Shown one piece after another: positions 25,001 to 32,000 of a stretch of 32,000 nucleotides of DNA. The position numbers and the translations under genes are program-made. Each line of letters begins with the position of its first letter. Within the stretch, counting starts at the first letter, position 1. This DNA comes from Gemmata obscuriglobus (GTDB lineage: Bacteria > Planctomycetota > Planctomycetia > Gemmatales > Gemmataceae), in contig NZ_CP042911.1 in assembly GCF_008065095.1 (NCBI RefSeq), forward strand, positions 4,050,001 to 4,082,000. Reading direction: 5' to 3'. The notes below the pieces were generated by a model. That model ran no database searches. It worked only from the letters and a program-made list of their open reading frames with translations, and was not told the origin of the DNA.

Positions 25001-25122
25001 TGGGTTTCGCCGAGGATCGGGTCGAGGAGGAACCGAACGGCCCCCGCCGCGGCGACGGCGGCGGGGACGGCGTACACGCGCGGCGGGGGCGCGAGTTGGA
25101 TGTGAGTTCGCGGGCGGGACAA
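22024..25122 (-). CDS. Hybrid sensor histidine kinase: TM region, four PAS modules (one FixL-like, one LOV), HisKA, HATPase, receiver
   Basis: 1032 aa with a TTG start preceded by GAGGAGGAG. H-box AHDFNNLL (His 23161-23163). N/G boxes [17 protein letters not shown] and GKGTGLGL. Receiver TVLLVEDQ...[14 protein letters not shown]...MSGY. Confidence 0.92.
   Translation of the reverse strand: [1032 protein letters not shown]
23239..23580 (-). other. LOV (flavin, blue-light) domain of the histidine kinase
   Basis: [31 protein letters not shown]...[11 protein letters not shown]...HFVGVLVD. The adduct Cys codon is at 23443-23445. Confidence 0.85.
23977..24339 (-). other. FixL-like PAS domain (possible heme/O2 sensor) of the histidine kinase
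   Basis: [56 protein letters not shown]...[10 protein letters not shown] shows ungapped similarity to the Bradyrhizobium FixL heme-PAS as I recall it. The candidate proximal His codon is at 24157-24159. Confidence 0.5.
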
Positions 25123-25174
25123 GTACTCCTCCTCAGCGCCGGTCAGTCCGGGGAGTTGATGATAAAAGTCTAAT

Positions 25175-25189
25175 TGGCAGCTAAATTGC
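25175..25189 (+). promoter_or_regulatory. Sigma-54 (-24/-12)-type promoter candidate
   Basis: TGGCAGCTAAATTGC against consensus TGGCAC-N5-TTGC, with exact GG-N10-GC spacing. It lies in an AT-richer part of the 472-bp divergent intergenic region. The next + strand gene starts about 400 nt downstream. Confidence 0.3.
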
Positions 25190-25594
25190 GGAGGGCGAGT
25201 GGATAGCGGCTTCGAGTCGAGCGCGCCTCAGAATGGATCATACGTCGTTGCGGCGAAGATTGACCAGTAATTCCGAACCGGAACGCACAAGAGATATCCG
25301 TCACGCATGATCCGGCTTTACCGGCCCTGATCGCGCTCGCGTGCCAGGGCGGTTCTTGTTCGCGGGCCGGTTCGACTTGAATCCGGTGAACCCCATTCGT
25401 CCGTCGGTGCGGACCGGTGCGGGGGTGTTCCGGCGGCCGGTGCGCGTCCGGCACCGAAACACCGTCCGCGTAGCACCTGACGGCGAGCCTTTCACGCGGG
25501 CGCGGGACGGAAACCGCGGCGCTGCCTTTCCAATTCCGGCCGTCCTGTTAATCCTGTCAAAGGACCCTTTGCTCCGCCCGCGGCACGGTGACGC

Positions 25595-26203
25595 ATGGCA
25601 ATCAAGACGGTGATCTTCGACTTCGGGAACGTGGTGGCGTTCTTCGACCACAGCCGCGCCGTGGCCCGGCTCGCGGGGTACACCGAGTTCCCGCCGGTCG
25701 AAATCGCGCTGAAGTTGTACGGCAGCCAGATCGAGGACGCCTACGAGCGCGGGGCCATCGACACCGCCGAGTACGTGCGCGAGGCCAAACTGGACGCCCG
25801 GCTCACCTGCACCGACGAGCAGTTCCTCGCGGCGTTCGTCGCGATCTTCTGGCGCAACCTGGAGGTGTGCGACCTGATCCCGCGGCTGAAGCCGAAATAC
25901 CGCATCGTCCTGGCAAGCAACACGACGCGGGCGCACTTCGACGCGTACTCCAAGCAGTTCGCGGACGTGCTCGCCCACTTCGACCACCTCGGCACGTCCT
26001 TTGAGGCCCGCGCACGCAAGCCGGAACCCGCGTTCTGCGCGCACATTCAGGAGCACGCGTACTGCGAGCCGCACGAGTGCGTGTTCGTGGACGACCTGCC
26101 CACCAACATTGAGGCCGCGGAGCGGTTCGGTTGGACCGGCATCGTGTACCGCGCCGACGGCACACTGGCCGACAAGCTGCTGTCGGCCGGGGTCGAACTG
26201 TAA
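25595..26203 (+). CDS. HAD-superfamily hydrolase (subfamily IA, YihX-like phosphatase)
   Basis: Motif I VIFDFGNV, motif II LASNTT, and motif III/IV region K...VFVDDLPTNIEAA. Confidence 0.8.
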   Translation: MAIKTVIFDFGNVVAFFDHSRAVARLAGYTEFPPVEIALKLYGSQIEDAYERGAIDTAEYVREAKLDARLTCTDEQFLAAFVAIFWRNLEVCDLIPRLKPKYRIVLASNTTRAHFDAYSKQFADVLAHFDHLGTSFEARARKPEPAFCAHIQEHAYCEPHECVFVDDLPTNIEAAERFGWTGIVYRADGTLADKLLSAGVEL

Positions 26204-26345
26204 CGCGGAAGGCGCCTCGTCCCGCTCAACTGCGCGCCGAAGCGCTCGGGGCGAGGGCCGGTTGCTGGGACTCGACTTTCTTGCGCCGCGCGCGTCTCAA
26301 ATGGGCATTTACTCCGAAACCGCCCACCCGATCGGAGAGCCACAC

Positions 26346-29300
26346 ATGCCCCGTCTCGAACTCCATCGCGCCGCCACACTGCTCCGGAGCGTGCCTGGCG
26401 CGCCGCCCTCGGACGCCGAACTCCTGGACCGGTTCGCGGCCAGCCGCGACGAGTCCGCGTTCACGGATCTGGTCGCCCGGCACTGGGGGTTGGTGTACGG
26501 CACCGCCCGGCGCCACCTCGGCGACGCCCACGCGGCCGAAGACGTGTGCCAGGCCGCGTTCCTCGTCCTCGCCCGCAAGGCCGGCGGCGGGCGCTGGGGC
26601 GCGACCGTGGGGCCGTGGCTGCACGTGACCGCGGTCCGGCTCGCCCGCAAGGCCCGTCGCGCCCGCCGGGCGCAGGCGATGCCGCCCTCAGCCGGCGTTG
26701 CGGGTGGAACCGGACCGGACGCATCCGCTGTGTGGGGCGAGGTGTGCCGGGCCGTGGACGAGGAACTCGCGGCCCTGCCGGAACCGCTCCGCGGGCCGCT
26801 CGTGCTGTGCTACCTCGAAGGACGCACCCGGGACGAAACCGCCGGGGCGCTCGGCTGCTCGCTCGCCATGCTCAAGCGGCGCCTCGAGCGCGGGCGGAAC
26901 CTGCTCCGGGACCGGCTCGCCCGCCGCGGGGTCGGCCTCCCGGCGGGGGGGCTCGGCGTGCTCGCCGCTGACCTCGCCACCGGGGCCGCCGAAGCCACGG
27001 CCCGCGCGGTGGTCGGCTACGCCCGGACCGGCCGCCCCCCGGCGGCGGTCGCGGTGCTGCTCGGCTCGCGGGCGGGATGGGCTCCGGCGCTGGGCCTGGC
27101 GGCGGCCCTCGTGGCGTGCGGGGTCGGGCTCGGCATGGCCGCCGCCCCTCCGGAAGAAAAGTCCCTCGCGCCCGTCTCGACCGCACCACCGCCCCGACCG
27201 GCCGACGCCCGCGCCGACGCGTTCGGTGACCCGCTTCCCGCCGGCGCAATGGTCCGGTTGGGCACCACGCAGCACCGCGCCCCGGGCGCCCATGTTGCCG
27301 TAACTCCCGACGGCAAAACCGTGGTCACCGTCGGCAACGACCTTGTTGTCCGCACGTTCGACCCCGTCACCGGAGACACGCGCGAGGTCCGCACGCTCGA
27401 CGGCCCGCCCGCGTACCAGACGGCCCTTTCGGCCGACGGCCGGTACCTGGCCGGAATGGTGTACCCCGGTCGCAACGACAAGGCAGAACTTTGGGTGTGG
27501 GATCTCGCAACTGGCAAGCCGGCCGGGCAGCTCGCGCTGGGGGCGGTCCCCGCCCTGGTGTGGGACGGCGCAACTGGCACGCCAATTGCCAAAGCCCCAC
27601 TGGGCGAGACCCCCATCGCCGCGTTGTGCGTGCACGCCGGAACGAAGCGGGTGTCCTTCGTTCGAGCATCTCGGAAAACGTGTGTGTGGAGCTTCGCCGC
27701 CGTTGGCGAGCCGGTTGAACTCCGGGAGTTCACAAGCTCCGCGCCGTTCTCCAATGTGCCGCGAACGCTATTCTCACCTGACGGGTCGATGCTCCTCGCC
27801 CATCAGCGGGACGGACACCTGACCTGCTGGGACTTGTCGGCCCGAAAGGTGCTTTGGGACAAGTCGCTGCCGCACCTCAAATTCTTCCTCTTCACTCCGG
27901 ACGGCAAACGTGTGATCGTCCAGAACGACACCATTAACGCTGGGTTCGAGGTGTGGTCCACAACAGACGGGAAACCGGTGAAAGGAGCGAGGTGGGGTGG
28001 CACCGGCGACAGCGATCAGGACCAGCACGGGCCGGTGGCCGCATCCGCAGACGGCCGACTCATCGATCTGGTCAACAGGCACCGCCAAGTGGTGCTGCTC
28101 GACACGGTCAAAAAAGTGATTGTCCGGAAACTGGACGACCCGCTCCGTGTTCCAGACAAGGACGCCTTTACAGGCGAGGCAGTGCCCACGAACTTCGCCT
28201 TCACCCCGGACGGGACCGGGTTCGTGTGTGGCACCCCGACCGTCCAGCGGTGGGACGTCGCTACTGGAAAGTCGACCTGGCCGGCCACATGGGACCGCGG
28301 CCACACCGAGGCCGTTACCCGTCTCCGGTTCACTCCAGACGGTAACGCCGTGGTGTCCGCCGCGGCGGACGCAATGTGCTACGTGTGGAACCTGCGAACC
28401 GGCCGACCGCAACACCGGTTACCAATAGGATCGAGCTCACTCACCGCCGTCACTCCGAACGGGCGAACGCTGATCACCAGCGGCCGCAGCGGCACACACA
28501 TTCTCAAGGGCTGGGATCTCAAATCCGGCAAGGAAACGCTCGCGATTGGTGGGAAACAGGAGTTCTCGCTGTACGGTTCAAGCGGGCGCGGGCAGGCGGC
28601 CGTCACCACGGACGGGAAGCAACTCGTCACCTTGAGCGCCGGTGGCGCTGGGAACGCGCAATTGCCGTTCGGTTACTACTTGGCGGTGTGGGACCTCGCC
28701 ACACAAAAGCTCGTGCAGGAAGAGTTTTCACGCACGTGCAATTCAATGACTGTTCTCGCTCCTGGTGGCGCGGTGTACGCTACGGTTCCCCAGGACGAAC
28801 CGGATGTTGACATCCACCTGGTCGCGACGGCGACCGGGAAGAACGTGGGGCGGCTCAACTCCCCCTCGCTTCGTGACGCTTGGCCGTGCATTGTGGCGCT
28901 GAAGTTCTCGCCGGACGGACGACTTCTGGCGGCGCGGGCCAACGAAACCAGTACAAGACAGCCGGCCGGTAACAGTCCGCTGAAGGTGTGGGACGTGACG
29001 ACGGCCCAAGAGCTGGCCAGCTTTCCGGTGGAAGGGCCGGCGGTGTTCGAGTTCGCCCCCGACGGGCGGACGCTGGTGATCGCCGGTACGAGCGGGTTCC
29101 GCGCGGTCGAGGTGGCTACCCGCCGGGAGATCCGAACGGTCGCGGCGGTCGGCGTGCCGCGGGGGCGCAAGCCGGGCGCGTTCGCGACCGCGCTGGCGGT
29201 CGGGTCAGGGGGCCGGACCGTCATCACCGGGCACATCGACGGCACGATTCTGGTCTGGGACGCCGCGCCCCGCGCCGCAACCGGAGCGTTCGAGGCGGGC

Positions 29301-29777
29301 GCCGTGTGGAAGGCACTGGCCGCCCCGGACGCGGCTTTCGGGCGGGCGGCCGTACTGCAACTGGTCGACGCACCCGACCGCGCGCTGGAACTGCTCGAGA
29401 AGAACCTGTCCGGGGTGCCGGCCGCCGAGGCCGCCGGGCTGGTGCGGCAACTCGATGCCGAGGCGTTCGGGATGCGGGAGGGGGCCGAAAAGGCGCTGCG
29501 GGCGCTCGGCAGCCGGGCGGAGCCGGCTCTCGCGGCGGCCCTCGCCGGCAAACCGTCGGCCGAGTTGCGGAGCCGGGCGGAGCGGCTTCGCGCCGCACTG
29601 GCCCCGGCCGCCGTTCCGGGCGACGAGGATTTGCGGGACGTGCGGGCCGTCGAGGCGCTGGAGCAGATCGGGACGGCCGCGGCTCGCAAGCTCCTGACAC
29701 AACTCGCGACCGGCGCGCCCGGCGTCCGGCTGACCCGCGAGGCCAAGGCGGCACTTGCGCGGCTGACCGGCCGCTGA
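26346..29777 (+). CDS. ECF (sigma-70 family group 4) sigma factor fused to a TM helix, a WD40-like beta-propeller region and a helical C-terminal tail
   Basis: 1143 aa. SD GGAGAG lies 6 nt upstream of the ATG at 26346 (alternative ATG at 26301). Region 2 [45 protein letters not shown]. Region 4 [73 protein letters not shown] (about 27075-27143). About 14 WD-like blades follow (..SPDG/TPDG.....WD). Confidence 0.85.
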   Translation: MPRLELHRAATLLRSVPGAPPSDAELLDRFAASRDESAFTDLVARHWGLVYGTARRHLGDAHAAEDVCQAAFLVLARKAGGGRWGATVGPWLHVTAVRLARKARRARRAQAMPPSAGVAGGTGPDASAVWGEVCRAVDEELAALPEPLRGPLVLCYLEGRTRDETAGALGCSLAMLKRRLERGRNLLRDRLARRGVGLPAGGLGVLAADLATGAAEATARAVVGYARTGRPPAAVAVLLGSRAGWAPALGLAAALVACGVGLGMAAAPPEEKSLAPVSTAPPPRPADARADAFGDPLPAGAMVRLGTTQHRAPGAHVAVTPDGKTVVTVGNDLVVRTFDPVTGDTREVRTLDGPPAYQTALSADGRYLAGMVYPGRNDKAELWVWDLATGKPAGQLALGAVPALVWDGATGTPIAKAPLGETPIAALCVHAGTKRVSFVRASRKTCVWSFAAVGEPVELREFTSSAPFSNVPRTLFSPDGSMLLAHQRDGHLTCWDLSARKVLWDKSLPHLKFFLFTPDGKRVIVQNDTINAGFEVWSTTDGKPVKGARWGGTGDSDQDQHGPVAASADGRLIDLVNRHRQVVLLDTVKKVIVRKLDDPLRVPDKDAFTGEAVPTNFAFTPDGTGFVCGTPTVQRWDVATGKSTWPATWDRGHTEAVTRLRFTPDGNAVVSAAADAMCYVWNLRTGRPQHRLPIGSSSLTAVTPNGRTLITSGRSGTHILKGWDLKSGKETLAIGGKQEFSLYGSSGRGQAAVTTDGKQLVTLSAGGAGNAQLPFGYYLAVWDLATQKLVQEEFSRTCNSMTVLAPGGAVYATVPQDEPDVDIHLVATATGKNVGRLNSPSLRDAWPCIVALKFSPDGRLLAARANETSTRQPAGNSPLKVWDVTTAQELASFPVEGPAVFEFAPDGRTLVIAGTSGFRAVEVATRREIRTVAAVGVPRGRKPGAFATALAVGSGGRTVITGHIDGTILVWDAAPRAATGAFEAGAVWKALAAPDAAFGRAAVLQLVDAPDRALELLEKNLSGVPAAEAAGLVRQLDAEAFGMREGAEKALRALGSRAEPALAAALAGKPSAELRSRAERLRAALAPAAVPGDEDLRDVRAVEALEQIGTAAARKLLTQLATGAPGVRLTREAKAALARLTGR

Positions 29778-29789
29778 GCGGGTTCTTTG

Positions 29790-29863
29790 GCCCGGTGCCG
29801 GGGGGGACACTATAACCTTCTTGTACACCCGAACGCGCGCCTGCGCGCGGCCCGGCACCGGGC
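29790..29863. repeat. 13-bp perfect inverted repeat bracketing the putative glyA promoter region
   Basis: GCCCGGTGCCGGG (29790-29802) and CCCGGCACCGGGC (29851-29863). The loop contains TATAAC (29811-29816) and the palindrome GCGCGCCTGCGCGC. Confidence 0.7.
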
Positions 29864-29883
29864 GCGCACCCGCCGGAGACGAA

Positions 29884-31131
29884 ATGGACATCCTGAAGCA
29901 GGCCGACCCGGACGTGTTCGCCGCCATCGCGAGCGAGCGGACCCGTCAGCAGGTCGGGCTGGAGATGATCGCGAGCGAGAACTACACCAGCCCCGCGGTG
30001 ATGGCCGCTCAGGGGTCGTGCCTCACCAACAAGTACGCCGAGGGCTACCCCGGTAAGCGGTACTACGGCGGCTGCGAGTTCGTGGACGTGGTCGAGCGGC
30101 TGGCGATCGATCGCGCCAAGCAGTTGTTCGGGGGCGACCACGCCAACGTGCAGCCGCACTCCGGCGCGCAGGCCAACATGGCGGTGTTCCTCGCCGCGCT
30201 CCAGCCCGGCGACACGATCATGGGGCTGGACCTCGCGCACGGCGGGCACCTCACCCACGGGATGCGGCTCAACTTCTCGGGCAAGTACTTCAAGGTCGTG
30301 AGCTACGGCGTTCGCAAAGACGACCACCGTGTCGACTTCGACGACCTGGCCGCGAAGGCCCGGGAGCACAAGCCGAAGCTCATCATTGCCGGGGCGAGCG
30401 CCTACCCTCGGACCCTGGACTTCGCGAAGTTCGGCGAGATCGCCAACGAGGTCGGCGCGCCGCTGATGGTGGACATGGCGCACATCTCCGGGATTGTGGC
30501 GGCGAAGCTGCACCCGGACCCCGTGCCGCACGCCGCGTTCGTGACCTCCACCACCCACAAGACCCTGCGCGGGCCGCGCAGCGGGTTCGTACTGTGCAAG
30601 CAGGAGTGGGCGGACAAGATCAACTCCGCGGTCTTCCCGGGCATCCAGGGCGGGCCGCTGATGCACGTCGTGGCGGCGAAGGCGGTCGCGTTCGGCGAGG
30701 CCCTCAAGCCGGAGTTCAAGCAGTACATGGAGCAGGTGCTGCTCAACGCGAAGGTGCTCGCGGAGGAACTGCTCGCGGCCGGGTTCCCGGTCGTGTCGGG
30801 CGGGACCGACACGCACCTGATGCTCATCGACGTGACCGCCAAGGGCTCCACCGGGAAGTTCGCGGAACACGCGCTCGACGCCGCGGGCATCACGGTGAAC
30901 AAGAACATGATCCCGTTCGACCCGCGCAAGCCGCTCGACCCGTCCGGGGTCCGGCTGGGCACCCCGGCGCTGACCACCCGCGGCATGAAGCAGGCGGAAA
31001 TGAAGCGGATCGCCGGCTGGATCACCGAAGTGCTGACCTCTGGCGGCGACGCCGCGGTCACGGCGCGCGTGAAGGGCGGCGTTCTCGAACTGAGCAAGCA
31101 GTTCCCGGCCCCGGCCGAAGCCGGCGTGTGA
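29884..31131 (+). CDS. glyA: Serine hydroxymethyltransferase
   Basis: 415 aa. Has [50 protein letters not shown], and the PLP-Lys region [20 protein letters not shown] precedes the start. Confidence 0.97.
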   Translation: MDILKQADPDVFAAIASERTRQQVGLEMIASENYTSPAVMAAQGSCLTNKYAEGYPGKRYYGGCEFVDVVERLAIDRAKQLFGGDHANVQPHSGAQANMAVFLAALQPGDTIMGLDLAHGGHLTHGMRLNFSGKYFKVVSYGVRKDDHRVDFDDLAAKAREHKPKLIIAGASAYPRTLDFAKFGEIANEVGAPLMVDMAHISGIVAAKLHPDPVPHAAFVTSTTHKTLRGPRSGFVLCKQEWADKINSAVFPGIQGGPLMHVVAAKAVAFGEALKPEFKQYMEQVLLNAKVLAEELLAAGFPVVSGGTDTHLMLIDVTAKGSTGKFAEHALDAAGITVNKNMIPFDPRKPLDPSGVRLGTPALTTRGMKQAEMKRIAGWITEVLTSGGDAAVTARVKGGVLELSKQFPAPAEAGV

Positions 31132-31138
31132 CGGCCGA

Positions 31139-31196
31139 CAATCGGGTCGGGTGCGTCTGCGTTGGCACTCTGCCACAAACACACCCGACCCGATTG
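31139..31196 (+). terminator. Hairpin downstream of glyA (terminator candidate, no T-tract)
   Basis: Perfect 15-bp arms CAATCGGGTCGGGTG / CACCCGACCCGATTG with a 28-nt loop, starting 8 nt after the glyA stop. Confidence 0.4.
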
Positions 31197-31306
31197 CTAA
31201 TAAGAACATGACTGCTGCTGGGCACGCCGGATCTTGCGAAGACGTGTCCCGCTGACCGTTCGGAACTGCATTCCCACCGACTCGACGACCGAGGATCACG
31301 CGCACC

Positions 31307-31747
31307 GTGGCGCAACCGCTGCTGATATTGCTCGGGTGCTGCACCTGTGTGGTGCTGCTGATCCCGGTGCTGATGTTCCTCCTGACGTTCATTTACCGGT
31401 GGTCGTGCGTGCTGTGCGGGCTGCCGAAGCCGGGGGTGACGGTGGCGGCGGGGATCATGTTCGTGTCGTGGGTCGCGTTCGTGCTGGCGGTCAGCCTGCT
31501 GCGGGCCGGCGTTCACGCGGCGTGCGACGCGGCGCGGCTGCCGCCCTGGGAGGCCAGCATCATCACGTTCCTGCTCGCGCTGCCCATCGATCTTCTGATT
31601 TCCGCCGGGGTCGAAGCCGGCTTGATGGGCGTGCGGTTCGGCAAGGCCGTGGAGGTCTGGTACACCCAGCGCCTCATCCACCTCGCAATCGTCGTCGTGA
31701 TCGTGCTGGTCGCGAGCGTCGTTTACCTGATTCAGCAGTTCGTGTAA
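31307..31747 (+). CDS. Small integral membrane protein (about 4 TM helices), hypothetical
   Basis: 146 aa with a GTG start. Four hydrophobic segments. The stop overlaps the next start (TAATG). Confidence 0.55.
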   Translation: MAQPLLILLGCCTCVVLLIPVLMFLLTFIYRWSCVLCGLPKPGVTVAAGIMFVSWVAFVLAVSLLRAGVHAACDAARLPPWEASIITFLLALPIDLLISAGVEAGLMGVRFGKAVEVWYTQRLIHLAIVVVIVLVASVVYLIQQFV

Positions 31748-32000
31748 TGACCCGCTACTTTGCCACCTGCGCCCGCGGCCTCGAACCGGTGCTCGCGAGC
31801 GAGCTTGATGCGCTCGGGGCGGAGGCGGTCGAGCCCGGCCGCGGCGGGGTCACGTTCCAGGGGCCGCCGGCGCTGCTCTACCGCGCGTGCCTGTGGCTCC
31901 GCACGGCCGTGCGCGTGCTGCGCCCCGTTCACGAGTTCGAGGTTCACAACTCGGACGAACTCTACGACGCCGTCCGCTCGATCAATTGGGCGGACTGGAT
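31747..32000 (+). CDS. THUMP-domain class I SAM-dependent RNA methyltransferase (RlmL/YpsC-like), 5' partial
   Basis: Own translation: MTRYFATCARGLEPVLASELDALGAEAVEPGRGGVTFQGPPALLYRACLWLRTAVRVLRPVHEFEVHNSDELYDAVRSINWADW. This is the typical N-terminal pattern of this family. The ORF runs off the window end. Confidence 0.8.
   Translation, partial: MTRYFATCARGLEPVLASELDALGAEAVEPGRGGVTFQGPPALLYRACLWLRTAVRVLRPVHEFEVHNSDELYDAVRSINWADW

Noticed and set aside
25360-25400. tRNA-like GGTTCGA string (gggccggttcgacttgaatccgg), and a similar one inside dnaX at about 7366.
   Set aside because: No cloverleaf can be drawn: the T-arm stem, loop size and acceptor pairing are wrong. One of the two lies inside a well-supported CDS.
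29778-29883. Possible ZTP (pfl) or other one-carbon riboswitch in the glyA leader. CGCCTGCGC resembles the CGCCTGGGC 3' element.
   Set aside because: The conserved 5' subdomain (ACTGGCG... pseudoknot partner) is absent, and the 3' element itself is mismatched.
1-32000. CRISPR arrays, rRNA genes, prophage or defence-island signatures.
   Set aside because: There are no regularly spaced direct repeats and no rRNA-like conserved blocks. No phage structural genes, restriction enzymes or other defence-type proteins (toxin-antitoxin, Argonaute, STAND, etc.) are recognisable among the ORFs. The only tandem DNA repeat (21296-21343) is coding.

Overview
High-GC (roughly 65-70%) bacterial chromosomal segment. 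The gene content points to Planctomycetota, probably a Gemmata-like organism: large secreted WD40 beta-propeller proteins, an ECF sigma factor fused to a TM helix and a WD40 domain, a lipoprotein with a TIGR03067-type domain, and rpoN. This placement is inference only. No database search was run, and all family calls rest on motifs I recognise in the translated ORFs.

Layout:
- 1-4464: an insertion-sequence graveyard. It holds a dead ISAs1-family copy, then an IS701-like element split by an apparently intact IS3-family element with a 3-bp target duplication.
- 4470-13391: sulfotransferase(-), then dnaX, ybaB, a small extra ORF, recR, rpoN, an SDR epimerase and an acyl-CoA carboxyltransferase beta subunit.
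- 13458-21634: DraRnl/Rnl5-type RNA ligase(-), a TIGR03067 lipoprotein, a secreted protein with a degenerate metzincin-like core, a 990-aa secreted WD40 protein, and a small secreted Gly/Tyr/Ser-rich protein(-).
- 22024-25122 (-): a 1032-aa hybrid histidine kinase carrying both a FixL-like heme-PAS signature and a canonical LOV domain.
- 25595-32000: HAD phosphatase, the ECF-sigma/TM/WD40 fusion, glyA, a small membrane protein, and the 5' part of a THUMP RNA methyltransferase.

No rRNA, tRNA or CRISPR array was seen.

I cannot point to one clear-cut novel multi-gene system. The most noteworthy items are:
- the dual heme-PAS + LOV kinase, in which the LOV active-site Gln is replaced by Leu;
- an A9 run in dnaX at the position where other bacteria recode to make the gamma subunit;
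- the secreted low-complexity protein resembling a FUS-type domain;
- the membrane-tethered ECF-WD40 sigma factor;
- a pseudo-metalloprotease.

Many long ORFs antisense to real genes are high-GC shadow ORFs and were discarded.
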